DNA of 64,000 bases. It comes from Synergistales bacterium. GTDB lineage: Bacteria > Synergistota > Synergistia > Synergistales > JAFGMB01. The stretch is from the NCBI GenBank assembly GCA_963666205.1, contig OY762654.1:1003220-1067219 (forward strand), read 5' to 3'. Shown in pieces: positions 1 to 9,546 of the stretch (positions are counted from its first letter, which is position 1; each line of letters begins with the position of its first letter). A program made the translations under genes and the position numbers. The notes under the pieces were generated by a model that ran no database searches, was not told where the DNA came from, and saw only the letters and a list, made by a program, of their open reading frames with translations.

Positions 1-342
1 TTCAAAAATGTCATATACGGCGAGTCCCAACTGGACTCCGGCCAGTGGACCTGCAAAAGTCGGATCTCCGTTTGCAACGGTTTCAGCATAGATCTCTGCA
101 CCTTCGGCATCAGAAGAACCAAGTACTACTACCAGGTTCTCTTTGCCGTATTTATCGGCTGCATCCTTTATCCTCTGCTGATTCTGCAAATCCATAGCAC
201 CTGCCGCAGTTCAGACAAAACATTCCGTAACTGAAAATACTATCTCTGCTCCTGAGTCTTTCAGACATGCTTCCATTGCTGGTCCGGGAACTCCGTCTCT
301 TTCTCCCAGAAGAAGCATTTTCTTTCCTGCTAATCTACCCAT
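1..342 (-). CDS. grdA: Glycine/sarcosine/betaine reductase complex selenoprotein A (GrdA). The 3' end is cut by the window edge, and an in-frame UGA encodes selenocysteine.
   Basis: Absent from the ORF track because of an in-frame TGA (complement of 211-213). Manual translation starts at the ATG at complement 340-342, preceded by GGAGGTG. It reads [60 protein letters not shown]...[23 protein letters not shown]. This contains the conserved GrdA ECFVUTAAGAMD redox motif. Confidence 0.9.
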
Positions 343-420
343 TTGTGCACCTCCTTCCGCCTTGTATACAACAGAAGAGGGACAGAGATACTGATACTAT
401 TCTGCCCCTCAGGCTGTTCA

Positions 421-1731
421 TTATTCTTTAAATATGGTCTGTTCCTTTATTTCTGTAGACATAGCCTTGAAAGCCCTCTGAAGGAGCTCTCTTCTCTTCT
501 TCCTGTCTCCTTCGGGTCCTGATTCAGGATCTCCTACCGGATGAGGGATAGCCACACCGGGAACTATCCTGTTGGCTCCAACTGTGAGCATTATAGGTAC
601 TATTGTTGCTATCTGGACTACAGGGATACCGGCTTCTTTCTCTATTTCCCGAACCATCGATGCACCGCATCGGGTACAGGTGCCTCAGGTGGATGTGAGA
701 ATGACAGCATCAACACCAGCCTCTTTAAGTTCCTTGCCGATGGCCTGACCGAAACCTTCGGCATTGGCTACTGCTGTACCGGTTCCGGTAGTACAGTAAA
801 CGAAATCATGAAGCTTGCCGAAAACTCCTTCTTTTTCCATCTCCCGCATAATATCAAGGGGAAGGACTACATCAGGGTTATCGTTCGCATATACCCTGTC
901 ATAACCTCCATGGATGGACTCGTAATTTTCCGGTGTAAGGTCTTCGAGTTCGGAGATATTGTATTTGCCGAATTTCTCAGCAGAAGAAACCCTTATGTGA
1001 TCAGGATTACCGAAGGGAACGATGCCGCCGGAAGTACAAAGGGCAATAGTGGCCTTACTCAGGTCAGCAATGGGAGCTGCCGGATCTATCTTTTTGAATA
1101 CCGGCATTTCGAGTTCTGTTTCGAAAGCTTCTCCCCGGATCTTCCTGAGCAGCATATCAACTCCTCTTTCTGCTCCTGACTTGTCATGGAAAAAGCTTTT
1201 ACGGATACCTCTGTGGATATAACCTTCAAAGCGGGCTGGGCCAAGTTTCTCTTTTTTCAGCAGTTTCAGAGCAAGAGTAACCATTCTGGACAGGGCATCT
1301 CTCATACCCCTGGCGCTGTCACTGGTTTCGACAATGTATGTTTTTTTATGGTACATTTCGACACCGGGGTTTTCCCCATAAAGGGCTGTAACTGTGGGGA
1401 TCCCAAGCATTTCTCCCGCAGCTGAACATATATCACCACAGGCAACGCCATAACGGCCGGCATTGAAACCAGGACCGGCAATAAGCATATCGGGCTTGAA
1501 AGCCTTTATCATTTCAACACACTCAGCCTGGGCTTTTTCCATATTCTCACCGTAATAACTGTCACCGCAGATAACCGTACCTACGACTTCGGCCTCTCCC
1601 TGAAGCAGGTTCTGAAGCTGAAGTCCGGGACCCACTATCCCGTCCCGGGATGATGGTGGTACATGGGCTGTATCTTCTCCGCCCATTCCTGCATAAAACT
1701 GATTTATATAATGAACAACCCTGTAGGTCAT
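421..1731 (-). CDS. grdB: Glycine/sarcosine/betaine reductase component B selenoprotein subunit (GrdB/GrdF type), 436 codons including one UGA-encoded selenocysteine.
   Basis: The ORF track splits it into 685..1731 (ending ILTST) and 421..657 (starting MVREIEKEAG). The separating stop is TGA (complement 685-687), and the 27 nt between the two ORFs are in frame. The joined protein reads ILTST-U-GTCTRCGASMVREIEKEAGIPVV, the conserved selenocysteine motif of GrdB-family proteins. Confidence 0.9.
653..675 (-). promoter_or_regulatory. Candidate SECIS hairpin for the grdB UGA.
   Basis: The minus-strand RNA reads ACC-CGAUGC-GGU-GCAUCG-AU-GGU and starts at the 10th nt after the UGA. It has a 6-bp perfect stem, a GGU apical loop, and an ACC/GGU extension with an AU bulge. 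Position and G/U loop are in line with bacterial SECIS elements. It has not been energy-evaluated. Confidence 0.4.
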
Positions 1732-1753
1732 TTTTCTACCTCCTTAACCTCAA

Positions 1754-3040
1754 CTAGACCCATTCGCAGCCTAGTTTGCTGAATCCCAGCTCATTGGTGG
1801 AACCGATGATCGACTGGAGTTCAACATACATGGAACCATCCTCACGCAGACTGTCAGACGCTCCTCCGGAGAGATGTGCGATGGCTTCCGGGAATCCTAT
1901 GATCTTATCCATGGCCGGAACTTCTATCATCTCATTAACATTTCCGGCTGAAACGAAACCGGTCATTTCAGGTGTAGCATCTGCAAGCCCCTGGCTTGAA
2001 CCGTCAACTCCTGCTGCCTCATCTGAAATAACTACAGTTTTGATGCCCCAGTCTTCACACTTCTTGGCATTCATGCAAAGGTCGGTATCCGGATTGCCAT
2101 AGCCTTCTTCAGAAATAACCACACCATCTGCTCCGAGCTGTCTGGCCAGATTGGCATTCATCCAGGTGGTTCTCTCCTTGCCAGCCAGCACTGTGCTTTC
2201 AAGAGTTGGAATAACACCGATGAAATTGATCTCCTTGCCATGACGCTTGTAGAGCTCAAGAACGATAGGATCGTTCACATGATGGAAGGTCGTATTCTTG
2301 TCACAGGCTGAAACGCAGTTTCCCGAGACCATGGCTCCGTCAAGGATCTCATTGGGATGGACCAGGGTGGGAACTATGGACTTCATGTCAGCTCCGTAGA
2401 GGAAGGTATCGTGGAGAAGCCCCTGGGTAATGGACATGCAGAAATAGGTTATCTTGGGGAGGTCCGGGTATTTATTGTTTTCCTCAACTATGGAACCCTT
2501 GTCAAAGACCTCGACGTTATCGGCCTTTGTCTCCTTGCACTGGTCAGCAAGGTAAACGGAAAGTTTAAGCCCTGCTTCCCTGAGGGATTTTTCGTAGGCA
2601 TGTTTTTCAAGGTCTGCAACAGGTTCTGCTACTATTACGAGATTAAAGGTCTCTGAAAAGGGGTTATAGGGACTTGCCGGACCGCTCATGTCAATAAAAC
2701 CTTCCTGGAAAGCCACTATGGGACCGCAGGTAATTACAGAAGCACCCTTGAGGACAAAGGTCGCACCCTCGCCTACCGGTTCCATGGGAGCGCAGAAACC
2801 TGGAAAGAAAGAAGTACCTCCCTCCAGCTTGATCCTTGGTTCCACTACATCCTTGACAGGAATTATCCTGACACTTTCCCCGGGACGGGCCAGCTCGAGC
2901 TGTACATCAGCAAAATTTTCGTCTGCCGCAACAACTTTGATGGCCTCTTCCCTGTTGACATAAAGGACATTATCCTTCAGGGAGGTTTTTTCACCCCACT
3001 GAATATCCTTCACAAAAGCATTATGAAGTTCCAACCTCAT
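1754..3040 (-). CDS. grdE: Glycine reductase component B proprotein (GrdE-type; alpha/beta subunits produced by self-cleavage).
   Basis: A 428-aa ORF lies immediately upstream of grdB on the same strand. Size, position and overall sequence (MRLELHNAFVKDIQWGEKT..., internal ...VITCGP...) resemble GrdE/GrdG/GrdI proproteins. Confidence 0.8.
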   Translation of the reverse strand: MRLELHNAFVKDIQWGEKTSLKDNVLYVNREEAIKVVAADENFADVQLELARPGESVRIIPVKDVVEPRIKLEGGTSFFPGFCAPMEPVGEGATFVLKGASVITCGPIVAFQEGFIDMSGPASPYNPFSETFNLVIVAEPVADLEKHAYEKSLREAGLKLSVYLADQCKETKADNVEVFDKGSIVEENNKYPDLPKITYFCMSITQGLLHDTFLYGADMKSIVPTLVHPNEILDGAMVSGNCVSACDKNTTFHHVNDPIVLELYKRHGKEINFIGVIPTLESTVLAGKERTTWMNANLARQLGADGVVISEEGYGNPDTDLCMNAKKCEDWGIKTVVISDEAAGVDGSSQGLADATPEMTGFVSAGNVNEMIEVPAMDKIIGFPEAIAHLSGGASDSLREDGSMYVELQSIIGSTNELGFSKLGCEWV

Positions 3041-3325
3041 ATTGAAGCCTCCTTCTTTTACATATTTCAGGGACAGGACATGAATATCCCCTTAATAGAC
3101 CCTTTTTAACGTAAAGATTATAAGAAGACGCAACCTTATTTACATCGTACGAATCATATGGTATTTAAACTATCATGGAACTGTTTTTTAGTGCAGATAG
3201 TACAAATACCTCTTTTGCTTTCACTAAAGGCTTCAGATAAGGGTTCCTGTTGAAACGTTACGGGAACTGTCAGATGATGACCTTACCATGAAGACCCGGG
3301 GTAAGAATAAACAGGAGGGCAGGTA

Positions 3326-4570
3326 ATGCTTACAAAATGGGCTGCCGAGATCGCTGGATCCACAGCTGAAGTTATAGGATATGATGTTATCATCACTGAT
3401 ACGGAAGGGATAATAATAGGAGCAAGCAACATCCTCAGACTCGGATCCCTTCATGAGCAGTCCCTTGATGTTATCAGATATAACCGGGGTGCTGCTGTTG
3501 ACGAAACAGAAGCGCAGAAATTCAGGGGAACCCTTCCTGGGGTAACTTACCCTATTCAGTCCATGACAGGTAAGGTCGTAGGTTCTATGGCCATAACGGG
3601 CAAACCTGTAAACGTAAAACCCTTTGCGCTTATAGTGAAGAAACAGATAGAGATCCTTCTGCGCGAAAGAGAACTTCAGGAATACGCTACAAACAGGGAA
3701 GAAACTCTGCAGGCAATAATCCACGATATTTCCCATTACATTTCCGGCATATCGGATCGTAGAATGCTTATATCAAGGGCAAGAGAATTCGGATTTGACC
3801 CATCATTTCACTATATCCCGATCGCTGTCGATCTCTACCAGTTCGCGAGATATGCAAGAAAAATACGAAACGACTGCCTGAAAGACAGGACAGAAACCCC
3901 TGAACTCCTTATACAGAAGACCAAGAATGAGATCCTGAAAAGGATACGCCTGGCCTTTCCCGATCCGGCAGATATTTCAGTAATGACAGGAAATAACAAG
4001 TATTTTATCCTTCATTCCGTGGGAAACAGCCCCTCGGGACGGGAGAGATCCATCTACAGGTATACAACCTCCTCCTGCAGACAGATACTGGAAGATCTGG
4101 CCAAGATGAATCTGAATGCTGCCATAGGAATAGGTTCCATGGCAGGGAACCTGGAAGAATTGTCCAATTCATACCAGGAGGCCTGGCGGGCTTTACAGCT
4201 TGGTAAAAAATATAATCAGGGTCCTGGGATATACAATATCCAGGATTACAGGGTCGAAGAGCTCCTGGCATCTCTGCAGCCTGGCCTCAGAAACCGTTTT
4301 ATCCAGAGAAACGTGGCTGCTTTCAGACAGCAGAACGACTGGGAAGAGCTCAGACAGACATTTCTGACATGGTGTGAAAACAACTTTTCCCTTGTAAGCG
4401 CAGCCCGGGAACTTCACATTCACAGAAACACCCTTAACTACAGATTGGAAAAGATCAGAAGAATAGGAAACGTAGAACTCAGGAATTACCGGGACACCCT
4501 CAAACTGTATCTCGCTCTCCGACTGGAAAAATTCATTGGACCGGGACTTCATGAAGAAGATGAATCCTGA
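3326..4570 (+). CDS. CdaR/PucR-family transcriptional regulator (N-terminal sugar-diacid-regulator-like domain, C-terminal PucR HTH).
   Basis: The RBS AGGAGGG precedes the ATG. The C-terminal sequence FSLVSAARELHIHRNTLNYRLEKIRRI is a typical PucR-type HTH. The gene is divergent from the grd operon. Confidence 0.8.
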   Translation: MLTKWAAEIAGSTAEVIGYDVIITDTEGIIIGASNILRLGSLHEQSLDVIRYNRGAAVDETEAQKFRGTLPGVTYPIQSMTGKVVGSMAITGKPVNVKPFALIVKKQIEILLRERELQEYATNREETLQAIIHDISHYISGISDRRMLISRAREFGFDPSFHYIPIAVDLYQFARYARKIRNDCLKDRTETPELLIQKTKNEILKRIRLAFPDPADISVMTGNNKYFILHSVGNSPSGRERSIYRYTTSSCRQILEDLAKMNLNAAIGIGSMAGNLEELSNSYQEAWRALQLGKKYNQGPGIYNIQDYRVEELLASLQPGLRNRFIQRNVAAFRQQNDWEELRQTFLTWCENNFSLVSAARELHIHRNTLNYRLEKIRRIGNVELRNYRDTLKLYLALRLEKFIGPGLHEEDES

Positions 4571-4722
4571 AACAGCTGAAAGGGGTAAGCCGGCTTTACC
4601 TCAAAACAGAAGGACATTGGACCAGGTATCATTTTTGTGCAATAGATATAGTGACAGATCCGCTTCGTACATATAGTCTGGAAAGAGACCTGAAAACCTT
4701 AAGAATAAAATAGATCGGGGGA

Positions 4723-5730
4723 GTGTTGAGAATGTCCCGGGAAAATGTTTTACTGCTTTTCAGCAAAGGTTATCCCTGCTGGAATGAGGAACTTGTTGAA
4801 CTGGCGGGAGAAAATCCCACTTTCCTGCAGGACCTTCAGCAGGAAGGACTCCTGGTGAAAGAGAATGGGATCTGTTCTCTGACCCCGGCAGGAAGAAAGG
4901 CTTTCACTGAAATAGCCAGAGAATACTATTATGATGCCGCCCCGGCAGATCCAGCCGAAGATCATGGAAAAGAACTTATGAAATGCAGGCTTTCCCTGGT
5001 GCTGAACAGATCCTTTGTGGGGAGATGGGGCGTGAAGAATTTCCATGTGGGACAGCGTTTATCCTATTACCCCGGGTTAAAAAAAGGAGATATCTGCTCC
5101 ATCAGTCCTTCAATGAAACCCCGATGGCTATACAACGAGATGGCTATCATCAATGAGATCAGGGAGACCTTCCCCCAGAACAGACAAACAGACCGTCACC
5201 CCACCATTCAGGAGATAAAAGAATGGATGGAAGAAAGGGGCATGGAAGAAGGATCTCTGGAGATCGACGTCCTTTTCCTTCATTATTGCGACTTCGTGCA
5301 CTATATGCACAAGGTCCCTCCCGCATCAGACACATTAAAACTCCTGCATGCCGATCGTTTTTATATGAATTTTGTCAGAAAAGAATTTTATGATGACCCC
5401 CTGCTGCTCTTCGAAGAAATAGGGAAATTCCATCTTTTCCTTCTCTACTACAGGCACCTTATCCTCCCTGGCAACTTCGATATTGATATTCACGAGCAGG
5501 GAAACCTGAATGCCCTTATGTACATAACTGAAACAGAAGAGGAAGCAATACGATTTTATGAAACATTCAGTCCTATGGCAGAAGAACTCACAGGCCCCGC
5601 CCATCCCATGGACATCTGGTCCATGAGTATGGAGGCTATAGAAAACCACCCCATTAAGGAGGATTCTCACTTTGATTTTTTTGCAAAGATCGGACACAGG
5701 GTCGCCATAACATATCCGCCCGGGGGCTGA
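4723..5730 (+). CDS. Hypothetical protein (335 aa) with a possible N-terminal winged-helix segment.
   Basis: A long ORF with a GTG start after GGGGGA. I recognise no family. The N-terminal LQQEGLLVKENGICSLTPAGRKAF looks wHTH-like. Confidence 0.5.
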   Translation: MLRMSRENVLLLFSKGYPCWNEELVELAGENPTFLQDLQQEGLLVKENGICSLTPAGRKAFTEIAREYYYDAAPADPAEDHGKELMKCRLSLVLNRSFVGRWGVKNFHVGQRLSYYPGLKKGDICSISPSMKPRWLYNEMAIINEIRETFPQNRQTDRHPTIQEIKEWMEERGMEEGSLEIDVLFLHYCDFVHYMHKVPPASDTLKLLHADRFYMNFVRKEFYDDPLLLFEEIGKFHLFLLYYRHLILPGNFDIDIHEQGNLNALMYITETEEEAIRFYETFSPMAEELTGPAHPMDIWSMSMEAIENHPIKEDSHFDFFAKIGHRVAITYPPGG

Positions 5731-5790
5731 AAAGGGACCTGCTGATCGGGAAGTCCGTGAGACTTCCTTCAAAACAGAGATCAGGTGGGA

Positions 5791-6519
5791 TCAATAATTC
5801 ATAAAAGCAGGATATTTTTCCCAGGTTGACAGCCTGGGAACGGTTTCTGTCTGATCTGTTTCACAACAGAAGGCAATGTCCTTATCCATTCCCATATCAT
5901 TGAGAAGACTGCAGTGACCAGCCTGCTCAATGCCCCTCCTGAGATTGCCAAAACAGCTTTCCCATAACTCCAGGGCTATAACTGCTCCATCAGACATGGC
6001 TGCATCATTCCGGACCCTTCTTAATATCTCTACCATCAGACCGCAGCAGATAACATCATCCAGGGCCACCCTGCCCAGCCTTCCTGCACAGAGCAGGCCT
6101 ATCCTGTCTCCTGTATTAAGTGCTCTTTCAATGGCAGCCGATGCATTTCTCGCACATGCTGCATAAACAGGAACTTCCTGTCCCAGGGCCCTGATAAGGG
6201 CTTTGGTGCCATTGGTCGTCGTTATCACAGCAAAGGGTTTCTCCTGCAGGATATCCTTCGAATATTCAAGGGGAGAATTCCCCATATCGAAACCTTCCGG
6301 AGGAAGGGCGTCCCTTTCTCCCATTAGAAGCCAGTCATCTCCATATGTTTCCCGGATGCGCCGGGCCTGATCAACTTCTTCAACAGGTATCATAAGCCTT
6401 CCGCCCTGGTGGAAAAAGTGAACTATGTTGGTGGTGGCCCTGAGTATATCGACGACAAGCCAAGTATCCATTTCGGGAAGATTTTCTGCCGGTGAAAGGA
6501 CAACATCTATCTCAGTCAT
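5791..6519 (-). CDS. 2-phosphosulfolactate phosphatase (ComB) family protein.
   Basis: The motifs VVDILRATT, GFDMGNSP and TTTNGT are typical of the ComB family. I chose the ATG at 6519 (MTEIDVV) because GAGGAAA lies 6 nt upstream. The maximal ORF extends to 6567. Confidence 0.75.
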   Translation of the reverse strand: MTEIDVVLSPAENLPEMDTWLVVDILRATTNIVHFFHQGGRLMIPVEEVDQARRIRETYGDDWLLMGERDALPPEGFDMGNSPLEYSKDILQEKPFAVITTTNGTKALIRALGQEVPVYAACARNASAAIERALNTGDRIGLLCAGRLGRVALDDVICCGLMVEILRRVRNDAAMSDGAVIALELWESCFGNLRRGIEQAGHCSLLNDMGMDKDIAFCCETDQTETVPRLSTWEKYPAFMNY

Positions 6520-6853
6520 ATCAGCTTTCCTCATTCCTCGAATTAAGCTGTAATTATTATATCTCAAACGGGAAAAGAAACTTCCTTCGGGCTGGCAGGA
6601 TCATCTTTTCATCACATCTTTACTTTCTCTTGATATTTGTTTAGTATGTTCTGGCGCATCTCGGTAATTATACGTATTTTACTCTCATAGTGAGGCATGA
6701 AGTCTGTATTGTTGTGCTTATTCTAATAATTCAGGACAATCAGCTCTTGTTTTTTTCAATTTATGCTTTATAATGGCCGCACTTGCAGCACTCCCTCACT
6801 TTCATTTATGGTTAATTTTTAAACCGGATGAAAGTAAAGCAAGAACAAGGAGG

Positions 6854-7567
6854 ATGATCAAATTGCATAGAAAGGCTACCTGCACGATCTTCGCCCTCCT
6901 TCTGCTTTCAGTATCTGCATTTTTCATAGCGAACGCCATACTTCCATGTCTTGCTGTCAGCGGGTTGGGGAATGAGAATGAAAATTCACATAAACGAATA
7001 GTGGATCCCGACTCCACGGCAATGGCTCTGGTCCAGGAAATGCCCTCCATGATAAATGCCCTGGGCAGAAATCTGGATACAGGTCCCATCAAGGCACTTT
7101 CCGGAATGTATGAACTTGCACTGGATATCCAGGATCAGGCTGAACTGATATCCCGATATATCCAGAAACAGAACAGCAGGATCGACGACCTTACTGCCCT
7201 TCAGGAGGCCCTTGCCTTCATCCACTACAGTACAAAATACGAAGTGCCAATTGATCTTGTCATAGCTGTTGCTAATACTGAGAGTCATTTTGACCCCGAG
7301 GCGAAGAGCGGACATGGTTCCGCAGGGGTTATGCAGGTTACATGGCGGGTTCATGAAGCACTGCTTAAGGCAAACGGCATCTATTATGAAGAAGACCTTC
7401 ACGATCCGGTTAAGGGAATAGCAGCGGGAACCCTTCTTGTTTCCCGGTACCTTAAAGCCTATGGCACACCGGAGAAGGCTCTTGGGCGTTATTACGGAGG
7501 CTCGGCATCTGTTTACTGGAGCAGGATCTCAAGGAACCTGGCCAGGCTCAAGAAATACACAATGTAA
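6854..7567 (+). CDS. Lytic transglycosylase (SLT domain) protein with an N-terminal membrane anchor or signal sequence.
   Basis: The catalytic-region motifs AVANTESHFDPEAKSGHGSAGVMQV are present. The start at 6854 follows AAGGAGG, and the hydrophobic segment ATCTIFALLLLSVSAFFIANA follows. The track ORF begins earlier, at 6773. Confidence 0.8.
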   Translation: MIKLHRKATCTIFALLLLSVSAFFIANAILPCLAVSGLGNENENSHKRIVDPDSTAMALVQEMPSMINALGRNLDTGPIKALSGMYELALDIQDQAELISRYIQKQNSRIDDLTALQEALAFIHYSTKYEVPIDLVIAVANTESHFDPEAKSGHGSAGVMQVTWRVHEALLKANGIYYEEDLHDPVKGIAAGTLLVSRYLKAYGTPEKALGRYYGGSASVYWSRISRNLARLKKYTM

Positions 7568-7650
7568 AACACATGATCGGTCAGCGCCGGGAATCATCCC
7601 GGTCCTGACCGGGATGAAAACGTGGAAATATCCTTTCAGACAGATCTGCC

Positions 7651-8526
7651 TCAAGTTCTATCTCCAAAAGAAAACCCGTCCTCCCTGAAAACATCGATAC
7701 AGGCTTTCACTACATGGGGGTCAAACAGTTTTTCGCTGTCCTTCCTTATAGTTTCAAGAGCCTCATCAAGTCCGACCGCAGCCCTGTAAGGGCGATTGGA
7801 AGACATGGTCTCAACTACATCAGCTACCGCTATTATCCTCGAACAGAGATGTATTTCCTCTCCCTTAAGCCCATAGGGATAACCTGAACCATCCATCCTT
7901 TCATGATGCTGGGAAATGATCTCGGCTACCGGACATGGAAAATCTATCTCCTCGACGATATCCTTCCCCATCTTCGGATGAGTCCGTATCATCCTGTATT
8001 CAAGTTCTGAAAGATCTCCAGGCTTTGTAAGCAGATCTGAAGGAAGGCTGATCTTGCCGATGTCATGTATCATGGAGCTTATCCTCAGACATTCAGTCTC
8101 CTCTTCTGAAAGACCCATTTTCTCTGCTATGGCAACAGCGAGCATGGTCACCCTCTCCTGGTGTCCCTGGGTATAGGGATCCTTGGTTTCAAGGATCTTG
8201 CTTATGGATCTTATAGCACTGTCAAGGGTTTTTGCCATTCTTTCATAATTGAGACGGATCTCAGTCTCATATCTTTTTTCTATATTGGAACGGCCTTTCA
8301 GTTCGCCATAAATGTAGGAAAAAAGGAGAATACCGCTCACGATGACAAATAGCAGGCCCTTGTACGTCTGGAATCTCGAAAGCTGCTCCGGAGATTTTGC
8401 TAAATGCTCGATAAGGGTATCGGAAAAGAATATCCATGCACCGGCAATAAGAATATAAAAGGATACTATCCTCAACGTGATCCTGAAGATCCGGTTTTTA
8501 CTCTCTCCATGCCCTGTATCCTTCAT
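7651..8526 (-). CDS. HD-GYP domain c-di-GMP phosphodiesterase, membrane-anchored.
   Basis: Two N-terminal TM segments are present. The HD-GYP signatures are HQERV...IHDIGK...HHERMDGSGYPYGL. Confidence 0.85.
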   Translation of the reverse strand: MKDTGHGESKNRIFRITLRIVSFYILIAGAWIFFSDTLIEHLAKSPEQLSRFQTYKGLLFVIVSGILLFSYIYGELKGRSNIEKRYETEIRLNYERMAKTLDSAIRSISKILETKDPYTQGHQERVTMLAVAIAEKMGLSEEETECLRISSMIHDIGKISLPSDLLTKPGDLSELEYRMIRTHPKMGKDIVEEIDFPCPVAEIISQHHERMDGSGYPYGLKGEEIHLCSRIIAVADVVETMSSNRPYRAAVGLDEALETIRKDSEKLFDPHVVKACIDVFREDGFSFGDRT

Positions 8527-8611
8527 ATCGGATCATCTCCCTGATCCACGGCAGTATAAAAAAGAAGCTTGAGCCAGATTCCGGTCATAAGATCAATTAT
8601 CGAATGGAGGC

Positions 8612-9541
8612 TCAGGAAACCCCTTCAATAGTAACCATGTTTCTCCCGCCCTGCTTACTTCTGTACATCATCTGATCTGCACGATGAACAAGGGTATCTG
8701 CACTATCATCGATCATTGCCAGAGATCCGCCGATGGAAACAGTAACCCTGATACTATCCATATTTTCAGTAAAGACAGAGGATCCAACCAGTATCCTTAT
8801 CCTCTCTGCAACATTCTCCAGCATGGAAAGGGAAGATTCAGGAAGAGCTATTACAAATTCTTCTCCACCCCACCGGCACACCAGATCTTCCGACCTCAGG
8901 ATATTTTTAAGAGTCCCCGCCACCATTACAAGAACGTTATCTCCCACCTGATGGCCGTATAAGTCATTAAATTTTTTAAAATGATCAATATCAATGAAAA
9001 GAAGGCCCAGTGGAGACAGTTCAAGGGATCTCATTTCATGGAGTTTAAGAGAAATGAAGGTATGGCCATATCTTCTGTTCATGACCGATGTAAGAGGATC
9101 TCGAAAGGCTTCCTTTTCCAGTTTCCGGATGGTCCTCATGGATCTGTCAAGTTTCGTATTATCACTGAATACCTCCACCGCACCAATGATCCTTCCTTCG
9201 GTGTCACGAAGAGGAGATATTCTTATCAGAACGGGAACCCTGTATCCATCACAGTGATGGAGAAAAACAGATGCTTCCCTGTCGAGTCCATCCTTTAAAG
9301 TCTCATGAAGGGGACACCCTTCCAGGCAGAGTTTTTTCCCCCTGTTATCCACATGCATCAGGATATTATCTGCACAGCTTTTGCCCAGCACTTTTTCTGA
9401 AGCATACCCCGTTATCCTTTCAGCACCCTTGTTCCAGAAGAGGATCTTTCTCGAAGTATCAACGACATACACACCATCGTATAACTCCTCAAGAACATGT
9501 CTGAAAAAAACGGGATTGGCCAGCATGCTGTCTACAGGCAT
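8612..9541 (-). CDS. PAS-GGDEF diguanylate cyclase.
   Basis: An N-terminal PAS-like region (VVDTSRKILFWNKGAERITGY) is followed by a C-terminal GGDEF domain with RWGGEEF. The start lies 5 nt downstream of the panF stop. Confidence 0.85.
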   Translation of the reverse strand: MPVDSMLANPVFFRHVLEELYDGVYVVDTSRKILFWNKGAERITGYASEKVLGKSCADNILMHVDNRGKKLCLEGCPLHETLKDGLDREASVFLHHCDGYRVPVLIRISPLRDTEGRIIGAVEVFSDNTKLDRSMRTIRKLEKEAFRDPLTSVMNRRYGHTFISLKLHEMRSLELSPLGLLFIDIDHFKKFNDLYGHQVGDNVLVMVAGTLKNILRSEDLVCRWGGEEFVIALPESSLSMLENVAERIRILVGSSVFTENMDSIRVTVSIGGSLAMIDDSADTLVHRADQMMYRSKQGGRNMVTIEGVS

Positions 9542-9546
9542 ATTAT

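Noticed and set aside
3041-3325. Looked for a glycine riboswitch or other leader upstream of grdE in the divergent grdE/cdaR intergenic region.
   Set aside because: I could not find the conserved glycine-riboswitch cores (GGAGAG...ACCGAAGGGGCAA-type) on the minus strand. The region looks like plain AT-rich promoter DNA.
6773-6853. N-terminal extension of the lytic transglycosylase ORF (track start at 6773).
   Set aside because: A much better start at 6854 follows AAGGAGG and immediately precedes the signal or anchor sequence. The upstream 27 codons have no RBS.
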